In this document: positions 47,418 to 57,703 of the stretch, piece by piece
Position numbering within the stretch: the first letter of the stretch is position 1
Layout of the letters: every line of letters begins with the position of its first letter
Assembly (NCBI GenBank): GCA_965198235.1
Contig: OZ240248.1
Span: forward strand, 3,040,001-3,104,000
Length of the DNA stretch: 64,000 nt
Direction: 5' to 3'
Source: Candidatus Poribacteria bacterium
GTDB lineage: Bacteria > Poribacteria > WGA-4E > WGA-3G
Program-made: the position numbers and the translations under genes
Notes under the pieces: generated by a model
What the model was told of the DNA's origin: nothing
The model's input: the letters and a program-made list of their open reading frames with translations, nothing else
Database searches by the model: none

Positions 47418-50114
47418 TTAGAGCGGTTCTAACCGGACTGGGCACACCTTCAATTCAGCGGTGTGGGTAACTGGGTCGTAGCCAGAACCGGTCAATAGGT
47501 TGACTGGAACATCTGCAAAGCTGAAACTCGCGAAGACTGTGCCGCGCGGAGAACGGTTCGTCGCTTTCACTTTGATAGTGATACTCCCACGTGCACTACT
47601 CATTGTACACCATTCCCCGTCCGTTAAATCCCATTTCTCGATGTCAGTAGGATTCACTTCCAGCGATTCTTCCGACAATAGATAATCAATTCCCTGTGCC
47701 CTGCCAGTCTGTGTGCGAGTATGATAGGATTGCAAGCGTCTCCCCGTTGTGAGCCATACCGGGAAATCATCGCTAATCGTCTCAGCGGGATCTCGGTAAT
47801 GCACATTGGAAAAGATACCGCGTCCGTTGGCGAACGTTTCTTCGTGTAATCTCGGTGTCCCCGGATGTTCTTTGTGTGGCACGGGCCACTGATATTCGCT
47901 TTTGTCGATGCGTTCCCAATCCAATCCCGCATAGATCGGTGAAAGTTGGCAGAGTTCGTTGAAAATCGGTTTCGGCGCGTCATAATCGAAGCCTTTAAAA
48001 CCGAGGCGTTGTGCGATTTGACAAATAATCCACCAATCCGGTTTAGCTTCGCCGGGTGGCGGGACTGCAGCGCGCAGTCGCTGAACACGACGTTCCGTGT
48101 TCGTGCAGACTCCATCCGTTTCACCCCAAGCCGTTGCTGGTAGCACGACATCGGCGAGTTCTGCGGTTTCGGTAAGAAAGATGTCGATGACAACGAAATG
48201 ATCCAATGAACGGAGCGCGTGCTCACAGTGTTCCCGGTCCGGATCCGATAGCAATGTATTTTCGCCATCGATCAGCATCGCGTGGATACTGTCGCCACAG
48301 AGTTCTAAGGCGGTGACTTTGGTGATGCCTTTCTCCAAGTCAACCTCTTTGCCGTATGCCGCTTTAAACTTCGCCTGATGTTCTGGATCCGTGACGGCTT
48401 GGAAACCGGAGTAGTTGTTTGGCAACGCCCCGCTATCTCCCGCGCCTTGAATGTTGTTCTGCCCACGCATCGGGTTGATACCTGTCCCCTCGCGCCCGAT
48501 ATTACCAGTCATCAGGGCAAGATTGCAGAGACTCTGCACGTTCTCAACGCCACAGATATGTTCCGTGATCCCTAACGTGTAGTAGATAGCCCCTCTGTTC
48601 GTCGCACCATACCACATCGCTGCTTTTTCAATATCCTTCGCTGGCACACCTGTGATCGCTTCTGCCCATTCCGGTGTCCACTGGCTGATATGCTCAAAAA
48701 AGTCATCAAATCCGGTGGTGCGGTTTTTGATGAACGTTTCGTCAATCAAGCCTTCACGGGCAATCACGTGTGCCATTCCGAGAAGCAACGCCGTGTCCGA
48801 ACCGACGCGGAGCGGTAAATAGAGAGCCGACATCTCCACTAATCCGATGCGCCTCGGATCCGCGACGATGAGTTTGGCACCGCGGGCAACCGCCTTCTTA
48901 AGCCCCGTCGCCGCAACAGGGTGGCATTCCGTCATATTCGTACCGATACAGAAAATTACATCCGGTTTCTCCATATCAACGAGCGGGTTCGACATCGCTC
49001 CACGTCCGATTGTCGCTGCCAGACCGGCAACGGTCGGCGCGTGTCAGGCACGGCTACAGTTGTCGATGTAATTCGTCCCGAACCCAGCACGGATAAACTT
49101 CTGCATGAGATACGCCGCTTCGCTCGGCGCGCGCCCAGAGGCGATGCCGTAGATGCTATGTCTACCGTGTTCAGCATGCACTTTCCGGTATCCCTCAGCC
49201 GCTCTGTCAAGTGCCTCTTCCCATGTGGCTTCGTGGAGTTCCCCATCGTCACCGCGGATGAGTGGGGTTTTCAGGCGGTCGGAATGCTGGACAAAGTCGT
49301 AAGCAAACTGACCTTTAACGCAGAGTGCCCCTTGATTGGCGGGTCCGTCCATTGCAGGGTGGATGCCGACAATCTTTTCATTGTTCGTGAGTATATCAAC
49401 GGAACACCCGACCCCACAATACGGGCAGATGGTGCGCGTTTTGTCAGGAATAGCATCCTCTACCTCATCAACCGCACGGAGTGCTTTCTTATCGGCAAGC
49501 GCACCGGTTGGGCAGGTCTGGATACATTGCCCACAGAAGGTGCAGGCGGAGTCCTTGAGAAGTCCATCAAATTCAGTCGTAATCTGTGTATGGAAACCGC
49601 GATTCATAACATTGATGGCATGATCGCCTTCTTGTTCAGCACAGACGCGGACACACCGATAACAGGAGATGCAGAGTTCGTAATCTCTGAGAATGAACGG
49701 ATTTTCATCGGTTTTGCTCGTGCCAGATGTTGCCCCTGTTATACGTGTGCCGTTAATCTCGTACCTGTCCCGGAGGTCTGTGAGTTCGCCAGATGCATAA
49801 CCGCGCAGTGGGGACACATCGACTTCACGATTTTCACTGACAACCATTTCGAGCAGCGTCTTCCGGTACGCCTCTATTGTATCGGTCGCTGTACGGACGA
49901 CCATTCCCGGTGTAGCTTTCGTCGTGCAAGATGCCACCGGATTCCGCGCACCTTCTAATTCGACGATACAAAGGCGACACCCACCGAAAGGCTCAAGCCT
50001 TGGATCGTAGCAGAGCGTTGGAATCTCTTTCTGATGGTGTCGCGCCACTTCAAGGATCGTTTCACCCTCGGAGAAGGCAACTTCAACACCATCTATTTCC
50101 ATTTTATGTGTCAC
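47418..50114 (-). CDS. fdhF: Selenocysteine-containing formate dehydrogenase alpha subunit (UGA at 49044-49046)
   Basis: The 364-aa and 525-aa ORFs join in frame as IDNCSRA-U-HAPTVAGLAATIGRGAMSN. N-terminal 2Fe-2S/4Fe-4S domains, CPYCGVGC, RGQNNIQG. Confidence 0.93.
49012..49043 (-). promoter_or_regulatory. Bacterial SECIS element
   Basis: UGA CAC GCG CCG ACC GTT GCC GGT CTG GCA GC, closely resembling the E. coli fdhF SECIS; stem GTTGCC/GGCAGC. Confidence 0.8.
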
Positions 50115-50210
50115 TGTGCTAAACCTCCCATTCTTCACGCCTTCCAGCCAAATCCTTCGATTCTTTTGATCATGCCCCTATAAATCCGCGATTCAGAGTA
50201 ATAAAACAGC

Positions 50211-51272
50211 CTACTCGGTTTCACTGAAATCAATTTGTGGCACCTTCAACTCGCCAGCGAGGATTTTGGCTTTGGCATCTTCGACGGCTTTTTGCGTCGC
50301 CTCTGGTACTTTATCCTTCAATGCGGGGTTATAGGTGAGGGTGATCGCCTCGTCCGTGAGCATGTTGAAGGTATAGAGCTGCGGCTTAAACTTTCCTTCC
50401 TTAACTATCTTGGCAATCTTCACAAACGCGTTCGGTGTAATCACGGCGTTGGCAATTACGGTCGTTGGCGAAATATCGCTCTTGTCACGATTCGCGCCGA
50501 AGGTGTATACAATTTTTCCCTCTTTTTGGGCAGTTTCAGATTTATTAAAAACCTCAGCCGCCTCAAAGGCACCGAGCCCTGCTGCGTCTGCATTCGGAAA
50601 AATAAAATCAACCCCTTCATTAATCTGTGCAAGTGCAAGTTCCTTCCCTTTGCCGATATCTTCCCAGTTCCCGACATATACCCAAGATACTTTCACTTCA
50701 GGATTCACACTTTTCGCGCCGCCTTCAAACGCCATAAAAGTGCTATTAACAGATGGGATGTTCTGCCCACCCATGACACCGAGTTTATTTGTTTGCGTCA
50801 TCGTCCCTGCGATCATCCCTAACAGATAGGCGGCTTGTTCAACACGAAAGTTGACGGGTGAGATGTTGTCGGTGATGGTGCCACCGGATGACGTAATGAA
50901 AATCGTCTCTGGAAAATCAGGTGCGACTGCTTTCGCAGGGTCTTGAAACTCGTATCCGTGTCCAAACACCATGTGGTATCCGTCGAGTGCGTATGCCCGA
51001 AATTGTTCTTCCTGATCTGTTGGGGTTCGGGTCTCAGCGTGGCTGATTTCCGCACCGAGTTGTTTTTCAATCGCTTTGAGTCCTTCATAGGCTAAAGCGT
51101 TCCAACCCGCATCACTGATTGAACCGGGCAGCAGCATGGCAACCTTAAATTTTTCATGTCCTTTTGCCTCAAGGTTCGCGCTCCCAATCAGCATGAGTCC
51201 AAGGATGAAAAAGCACGGAAGTAATGCGTAGATTGCAACGTTATTTCGTAACTTATAATATATCTGTATCAC
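50211..51272 (-). CDS. BMP family ABC transporter substrate-binding protein
   Basis: GSISDAGWN...YEGL, GHGYEF, AAYLLGMIAG, F..GAK.VNP. Confidence 0.92.
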   Translation of the reverse strand: MIQIYYKLRNNVAIYALLPCFFILGLMLIGSANLEAKGHEKFKVAMLLPGSISDAGWNALAYEGLKAIEKQLGAEISHAETRTPTDQEEQFRAYALDGYHMVFGHGYEFQDPAKAVAPDFPETIFITSSGGTITDNISPVNFRVEQAAYLLGMIAGTMTQTNKLGVMGGQNIPSVNSTFMAFEGGAKSVNPEVKVSWVYVGNWEDIGKGKELALAQINEGVDFIFPNADAAGLGAFEAAEVFNKSETAQKEGKIVYTFGANRDKSDISPTTVIANAVITPNAFVKIAKIVKEGKFKPQLYTFNMLTDEAITLTYNPALKDKVPEATQKAVEDAKAKILAGELKVPQIDFSETE

Positions 51273-51618
51273 TTCAGAATTCCTCCTTCTTTACAGAAAT
51301 GCTTGAGACAGTATAGCACGTTTATGCGAAAAATGTAAAGCGTTAATAACATTGCCTCAGGTCATTCATTTCTCCTGTAGGAGGGATCTCCGAACCCTGC
51401 CCTTTTGATGATATACTGTCATCTTCGCGCTGGCGAGGTTTGGAATCTTGCCTTTGCACAGTGTATTGTTAATTCTAAAATCTGCTATGAATAATCCTAA
51501 TATTCACAGATTTTCTATTGACACCTCTGCGCAAATAACATATACTTTTTAGCATTATTTCGTAGAAGGCATCGTAGTGATACGATACGTGCTATTCTGT
51601 AAGGGGAACGCCTGCGTG

Positions 51619-51784
51619 ATGCATCCATCAAAGTTATCTGCTCAACACGGGTATGTCTACAAGGAAGCGGGGCAATTCGCAGGGTGGCCCGCCAACGACG
51701 GATGGAAAGTTGGTGACGCTCTACTACTACACAACCGTTGAAAACCCAGAGCAGCACATCGCTGTCACAATCTGGACGGTATAA
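51619..51784 (+). pseudogene. Internally deleted sialidase/BNR-like gene remnant
   Basis: N-terminus HGYVYKEAGQFAGWPAN is joined out of frame to a C-terminus DGKLVTLYYYTT..EQHIAVTIW*. Confidence 0.55.
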
Positions 51785-51798
51785 ATAAATGGAAAAAT

Positions 51799-52653
51799 AT
51801 GAAAAACATTTTTGAAGTCAAAGTAAATGCCAAAACCCACTTAGTCGTCCAAAGCGATACAGGACGCTGTTTGGGCGGTGTCGGTGCGAATTTTTATCGT
51901 CCCTTCGTTTTTCCCTTTTATACGCCGGCAGGGCATACCGTTGTTCAGGAGTTTGCCTTCGATCATCCGTTCCACAACGGTATTTTTGTCGGACAGGGAC
52001 CGGTGCAAGTCGGTGAAAGGGAGGCAGGCTTCTGGGCATCGCCACCTCGTCGTTCTTTCACGGACAAAGTCTTTGAGAAATTAGGACGCATGGACACACA
52101 GAAAGAGATTGACATCACACCACATGCCGATGGCGTTCAGTTCGTTCAGAATGTTATCTGGCGAGACGAAAATGAAGAACCGTTAATTGACGAAATCCGC
52201 ACCGTCAATCTTTACGCGCTTGCAGATGCCACAGTCTGCGATATGACGAGCGAAAAAATTGCGTCTTACGGTGCTGCGACTTATCCACAGACGAAGTTCG
52301 GAAGCATCGGTATCCGTGTGGAACCGAGACTGCTGCCTGTCATGGGCGGTATTGTGCTGGGTGACAACGGACGCAAAGGGGGTGTCGAGGTCGTTCACGA
52401 GGGCGAGTCAGACTTTGTTGCCTACCAAAATATGTTAGCAGGGCATGGACACTTTGGGGTCTGTATGACGATTCTCAATAAAGATGTCCGCGGTCCATGG
52501 TTTATTCGGGATTATGGGATGGCACTCTATAATCCAACATGGACAGGGTCGGTATCAACACCCGCAGGTGAGAGTTGGAAAGTTTCACTTCGGGTAATCG
52601 CTTACGATGGTGAATTGGCACCAGCGAGAACAGAAAAATGGTGTATAGTATAA
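51799..52653 (+). CDS. DUF6807 ('PmoA-family') protein
   Basis: RPFVFPFYTPAG, DHPFHNGIF, WFIRDYG. Confidence 0.75.
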   Translation: MKNIFEVKVNAKTHLVVQSDTGRCLGGVGANFYRPFVFPFYTPAGHTVVQEFAFDHPFHNGIFVGQGPVQVGEREAGFWASPPRRSFTDKVFEKLGRMDTQKEIDITPHADGVQFVQNVIWRDENEEPLIDEIRTVNLYALADATVCDMTSEKIASYGAATYPQTKFGSIGIRVEPRLLPVMGGIVLGDNGRKGGVEVVHEGESDFVAYQNMLAGHGHFGVCMTILNKDVRGPWFIRDYGMALYNPTWTGSVSTPAGESWKVSLRVIAYDGELAPARTEKWCIV

Positions 52654-52721
52654 CTATACATTTTTTCATTTGACAATCCGTGTGGTGCATGTTATTATGT
52701 TCTTACTTAAGGGAGGACATT

Positions 52722-53171
52722 TTGAAAAGGTTGAGCGAGTCGTGGCAAGCCGTGAGGGATTTTTGGAGAACAGGGAAAGCCGGTCTCGCACTTTTTCTTA
52801 TTTCTCTCTTTGTTATCATCTACGGTTACATCGCTCTGAATTATGAAATAAATAAAGGCTGGAACGGACACGCGTCTGTTCAAAATATCCTGAAGGATAT
52901 TTCGATATTTATCCCCGTTGGCGGGGCTTTAGTCGGGATGATAGTAGGAGGCATTGATATCATCATGTTACTATCAGATTGGTATCTAGCTAGGCAAGAA
53001 AAGCGGATCCAGGCTGCCAAAGTTGAAGGCATTGCTGAAGGCATTGCCAAGGGCGAAACCAAGGTTTATCAGGAAGTTTCAGAATGGGACCGCCGCAGAA
53101 GAGAAGCAGCACAGCGCGGCGAAGAATTCACAGAACCAGCCCCCGGAGTGTCACAAGACGATTCTGAATAG
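52722..53171 (+). CDS. Hypothetical two-TM membrane protein with an EGIAEGIAKG coiled tail
   Basis: Two hydrophobic segments; C-terminus WDRRRREAAQRGEEFTEPAP; GGGAGG RBS. Confidence 0.65.
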   Translation: MKRLSESWQAVRDFWRTGKAGLALFLISLFVIIYGYIALNYEINKGWNGHASVQNILKDISIFIPVGGALVGMIVGGIDIIMLLSDWYLARQEKRIQAAKVEGIAEGIAKGETKVYQEVSEWDRRRREAAQRGEEFTEPAPGVSQDDSE

Positions 53172-53252
53172 TATTATATAACTTCAGAGAGGTGCCGACT
53201 TTCACAGTTGGTGCCTTTCTTTTTCTTTTACAGCGGGCAACTTCGGTGAGTG

Positions 53253-54836
53253 ATGAGTAAAGAAAACATCCTTGAACTTCGGAACGTTACGAAAACCTTC
53301 GGCGATCTCGTCGCTGTTGACAGTGTTGATTTTGAGCTGAGAGCCGGTGAAATCCACGCGATTTTAGGTGAAAATGGCGCGGGGAAGTCCACGCTGATGA
53401 ACCTTATCTATGGTCTTTACCAGCCATCAGCAGGGCGGATCTATGTTACCGATCGCGAAAACTGGCAGCATAGGTTGCGGGCAAAGTCGCCACGGGATGC
53501 GATTGCGAATGGGATCGGCATGGTGCATCAGCATTTTATGCTGATTGAAAATCTCACGGTCGCTGAGAATATTGCCTTGGCTCTTGGACAATTGCGTTTG
53601 AATTCGGCAGGAGGCACATCTTCAAACGGTGATTGCAAAAAGTGGTTAGGGAAATTCCGGTTTAAGAAGGGGGAGGCTATCCGTATTACTGAGGAACTCT
53701 CCGAGCGATTTGGGCTTACTGTCGATCCGACTGCGCTGGTACGGACGCTCTCAGTAGGCTTAAAACAACGCGTGGAGATTCTCAAGGCACTCGCTGTTGA
53801 TGCCCGGATTCTGATTCTTGACGAACCCACCGCTGTTCTGAGTCCGCAGGAGGTGGAAGGCTTCTTCACAATTCTACGCAAACTCCAAACCGATGGTCGC
53901 GCAATCATCTTCATTAGCCATAAAATGAAAGAGGTCTTGAGCATCAGCGATAGGATTACCGTCTTAAGGCGTGGCAAGAAAGTTTACCTCGGTCCGACGG
54001 GCGAATTGACTGCACGGGAGCTCGCGAGGGAGATGATTGGAGAAGAAATCAACGACGTTAAATGCTCGGTTTCCAACCCACACCTCGAAAACGATCCTCC
54101 AGACAATGTACTACAACTCTCAAATTTAACAGTCCTCGGCAGTCGAAACGAGGTCGCAGTGTCAGATGTCTCTATGGAGACCTGTCGCGGTGAAATCGTC
54201 GGTATCGCAGGCGTAGATGGAAATGGGCAGCGTGAACTCGCAGAGGCGATCATGGGTTTACGACACAGTGCCTCTGGGACAATAGGTATCTTAGGTGCCA
54301 ATCCCCAGGGGATCAAGGCAGTGCGACAGCGCGGGGTCGGCTATATCCCTGAAGATAGGCAAACGACAGGAGTCATCGCAGCGTTTTCGGTTACGGAAAA
54401 CCTCTTGTTGAACGTGACCCATTTAAAAAACATAGCACAGTGGAATGTACTTAACCAAAAGCGGAAGCGGGAAACAGCAGAGCAGCTCATCGCTGATTAC
54501 GACATTCGTCCGCCTATCGCTGATATTCCTGCTTCTTCACTCTCCGGTGGCAATCAACAAAAAATCGTCCTCGCCCGAGAAATCTCACTTCAACCTGATC
54601 TCCTTATCGCTGTCAATCCTACACGCGGTTTAGATGTCAACGCTGCCCACTATGTACACGAGAATTTGTTGGCACAGCGCGACCAGAGAAAGTCTGTTCT
54701 GTTAATTTCAACAGAGTTAGACGAAGTTTTGCTATTGAGTGATCGACTCTACGTTATGTCGAGAGGCAAGTTGATTGAGGCGACGGCGCAACGCAACGAC
54801 ATTGAGGCACTCGGATTGTTAATGACCGGTTTTTAA
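53253..54836 (+). CDS. Sugar/nucleoside ABC transporter ATP-binding protein (two NBDs)
   Basis: GENGAGKST, HQHF, LDEPT, GVDGNGQ, PEDR, LSGGNQQK. Confidence 0.95.
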   Translation: MSKENILELRNVTKTFGDLVAVDSVDFELRAGEIHAILGENGAGKSTLMNLIYGLYQPSAGRIYVTDRENWQHRLRAKSPRDAIANGIGMVHQHFMLIENLTVAENIALALGQLRLNSAGGTSSNGDCKKWLGKFRFKKGEAIRITEELSERFGLTVDPTALVRTLSVGLKQRVEILKALAVDARILILDEPTAVLSPQEVEGFFTILRKLQTDGRAIIFISHKMKEVLSISDRITVLRRGKKVYLGPTGELTARELAREMIGEEINDVKCSVSNPHLENDPPDNVLQLSNLTVLGSRNEVAVSDVSMETCRGEIVGIAGVDGNGQRELAEAIMGLRHSASGTIGILGANPQGIKAVRQRGVGYIPEDRQTTGVIAAFSVTENLLLNVTHLKNIAQWNVLNQKRKRETAEQLIADYDIRPPIADIPASSLSGGNQQKIVLAREISLQPDLLIAVNPTRGLDVNAAHYVHENLLAQRDQRKSVLLISTELDEVLLLSDRLYVMSRGKLIEATAQRNDIEALGLLMTGF

Positions 54837-54954
54837 TTTTGCCCTAACGGGGCTGTGAGGATGCCTCGGCAGGGGTGCTGCTTCGGTAAAGATCCGCAGT
54901 TGCGCCTGCTTCGCAGTGAGAATGCACTACTGCTATCTTTGGCTTAGGATTCTT

Positions 54955-55249
54955 GTAGGTTGGGTTGAACGAAAATTTACTAAAAACGGCAGAAAGCAGA
55001 TGACTCTCCAGCATCGGGAAACCTGAAATTAACAAGTCTCGAGTGAAACCCAACGCATTCTTGCCTCCATAACGTTTGGTTTGTTGGGTTTCGCTATAGG
55101 TATCTCCAAGAATCGGTACTTGAAAATCGGAATTCTCGGTATAAACTATAGGACTTTTGGTGTTTTACTGCTCAACCTGGGGGAAAAAGAAACGCCCTAT
55201 CAATACGCAGAAATACCCAAGCAAAAACACCCCAAGCAAAAACACCTAC
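54955..55249. repeat. REPIN-like doublet with an A/C-rich insert in its right REP
   Basis: GTAGGTTGGGTTGAACG...GAAACCCAAC...GTTGGGTTTCGCT...GCTCAACC[insert]CTAC. Confidence 0.75.
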
Positions 55250-55280
55250 GTTCATACTGACAATTGACAACTATTAAAAC

Positions 55281-56336
55281 ATGATAAAAAGAATCAATAT
55301 CCAGTGGCTCGCAACGCCTGTTCTAATTCTCGTGAGCGCGTTTGTCACAAACGCCATCATCATGTTACTCTGTCACTATAACCCACTGGAAGCTTACCAA
55401 GCAGCGGTGAGTGGAGCATTCGGTACTGGGAGGAAGTTCGGAGAAACGCTGGTGAAGAGTACACCGTTTCTGATGGCGGGGCTTTCCGTTGCGATGGCGT
55501 TTCGGTGCGGGATTTGGAATATCGGTGCCGAGGGACAGTTTTTGATGGGCGCATTAGCGGCGACATGGTTTGGGACGAAACTCGCCGCATTTTTCCCCCA
55601 AAGCCCGTGGGTTGCAGTGCCGTTGTGCCTCGGACTTGCTACACTCGTAGGCGGAATATGGGGACTCATTCCCGCGATCCTCAAAGTGGCGCGCGGGGTC
55701 AACGAAGTTATCAGTACCATTATGTTGAATTACGTCGCGCTTCATTTGGTGAGTCTGATGATAGATGGGGGTCCCTTGCAGGAGGCAGCGCAACGTGGTC
55801 CCCAGAGTGATCGGATAGTTCAGTGGGTATTTCTGCCACGTCTTTTTCCACCGCATCGGGTCCACCTCGGCATTGTTATCGGATTTCTATTGGCGATTAT
55901 CCTCACATTTATTCTTTTTCGGACGGCGTTCGGGTATCAACTCCGCGCGGTAGGAGAGGGTGCGGCTGCAGCAGAAGCGGCAGGCATCTCGATTGTGCAG
56001 AACACGCTCCGCGTCTTTTTCATCAGTGGGGCACTCGCAGGGCTTGGCGGCGCAATTGAGTTGACAGCACTGACCCGTCGACTTTTTCTTAACTTTTCTC
56101 CCGGATACGGCTACACGGCGATTGCTGTCGCTTTGTTGGCAAAACTGAATCCGTTGGTGACGGTTGCTGCTGCGCTCCTGTTTGGCGCGCTAACGACGGG
56201 TTCCTATAGCATGCAGCGCGAGGTCGGCATCTCCGATAAAGTGACGTTGGTAATGCAAGCGACAATCCTACTTTTCGTCATCGGCTATAGTTCTATCCAA
56301 CTTTTCCGTAAACGCGCGTCTTCACATTCCGAATAA
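55281..56336 (+). CDS. ABC transporter permease
   Basis: NIGAEGQ, NEVISTIMLNY, GYGYTAIAVALLA. Confidence 0.93.
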   Translation: MIKRINIQWLATPVLILVSAFVTNAIIMLLCHYNPLEAYQAAVSGAFGTGRKFGETLVKSTPFLMAGLSVAMAFRCGIWNIGAEGQFLMGALAATWFGTKLAAFFPQSPWVAVPLCLGLATLVGGIWGLIPAILKVARGVNEVISTIMLNYVALHLVSLMIDGGPLQEAAQRGPQSDRIVQWVFLPRLFPPHRVHLGIVIGFLLAIILTFILFRTAFGYQLRAVGEGAAAAEAAGISIVQNTLRVFFISGALAGLGGAIELTALTRRLFLNFSPGYGYTAIAVALLAKLNPLVTVAAALLFGALTTGSYSMQREVGISDKVTLVMQATILLFVIGYSSIQLFRKRASSHSE

Positions 56337-56642
56337 GAGTGGTTTGAAACCGAACTACTGAGGTCCGGAGGCATTTCTATATAGATGTGAAATAGACAAG
56401 AGGTTGAGTTCGTAGTAGGGCGATTTATCGCCCGTCGCATTGCAGAAACGCGCAATGAATTGCGCTACTACTAACAAAAAATTATATGCCGCCCCGAGTA
56501 AATATTGAGGCGTGGGTTAAGGCGAAAATTGTGCTTTATCTGAAAACAAAAAGCGTACTTGTTTAAATTGCCGCAGCAATCTAAGCAAAAACCGTTTTTC
56601 GACAACGGAGAAAAACGAGCAAAAAACCCAATAGTTAAAAGT

Positions 56643-57575
56643 ATGTTTGAAGATATTCTTTCAGCAACGATTCGAGGGGCAACCCCACTCCTGCTCGCCG
56701 CATTAGGCGAGGTCATCTCCCAGCGCGCCGGTGTACTTAACATCGGTATCGAGGGAATGATGCTCACAGGGGCGTTTTTCGGGATGGTCGGCTCCTTCTA
56801 CACGGCAGAATTTGCCATGATCGCACCGTGGTTCGGACTTTTAATGGCAGGTCTCAGTGGACTTATCGCCGCGGCGTTGTTTGCCCTCTGTGCGATAAGA
56901 CTGCGGGGTGACCAAGTTATTATCGGCACGGCGATGACGCTCTTAGCATTGGGCTTGACAGAGGTCGTCTATCAACGGCTCTTCGGCGTAACGGGGATCG
57001 CACAGGGAGTGCCAGCGTTCCAGCAAATTGACATTCCACTGCTCTCCCAAATCCCTTTCTTGGGACGTGCGCTGTTTTCGCACAACATCCTCGTTTTCAT
57101 CACATTCCTACTGGTACCGTGTGTCTATTTTTTTCTCTACCATACGCAACAGGGGCTTCGTGTCCGTGCCTGTGGTGAGCATCCGAGGGCGATTGCCGCT
57201 GCGGGTGCGAACGTCCTCCGTTTGAGAACAATTTGTCTGCTATTCGCCGGAGCGATGGCAGGAATGGCTGGCGGTTATCTCTCCCTTGCCGATGTGCCCT
57301 ATTTTACACCCGGTATGACGGTAGGACGCGGGTTCATTGCTTTGGCGATCGTCATCTTTGGGAAATGGCATCCTGTGAAAGCATGCGGTGCTGCCCTACT
57401 TTTTGGACTCGGTTCAGCACTCGATGCACGATTCCAAGCGTTGGGTTGGGGGGTTCCTTATCAGGTGTTTTTAATGTTGCCCTATGTGCTCTGTTTGGCA
57501 GTGCTGGCAGGGTTTGTCGGGCGCGCCGAAGCACCCTTCGCGTTGGGGAAACCCTACGGACAATCAGAGGGTTAG
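56643..57575 (+). CDS. ABC transporter permease
   Basis: AGVLNIGIEG, RACGEHP, GRGFIALA, MLPY. Confidence 0.93.
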   Translation: MFEDILSATIRGATPLLLAALGEVISQRAGVLNIGIEGMMLTGAFFGMVGSFYTAEFAMIAPWFGLLMAGLSGLIAAALFALCAIRLRGDQVIIGTAMTLLALGLTEVVYQRLFGVTGIAQGVPAFQQIDIPLLSQIPFLGRALFSHNILVFITFLLVPCVYFFLYHTQQGLRVRACGEHPRAIAAAGANVLRLRTICLLFAGAMAGMAGGYLSLADVPYFTPGMTVGRGFIALAIVIFGKWHPVKACGAALLFGLGSALDARFQALGWGVPYQVFLMLPYVLCLAVLAGFVGRAEAPFALGKPYGQSEG

Positions 57576-57703
57576 CGGTCAGCCGTCAGAACCGAGACTT
57601 TCATGCTTCTTCAATCTTTACTGTGATTATGGGACCTCTAATCATGGTACATCTGATAATCCTATCAATCACAGTTCAGACTTCTTCCGATTGCCGACAA
57701 CCC

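Noticed and set aside
48921-49958. 345-aa plus-strand ORF and similar long antisense ORFs
   Set aside because: Shadow frames of well-supported genes with no recognisable motifs.
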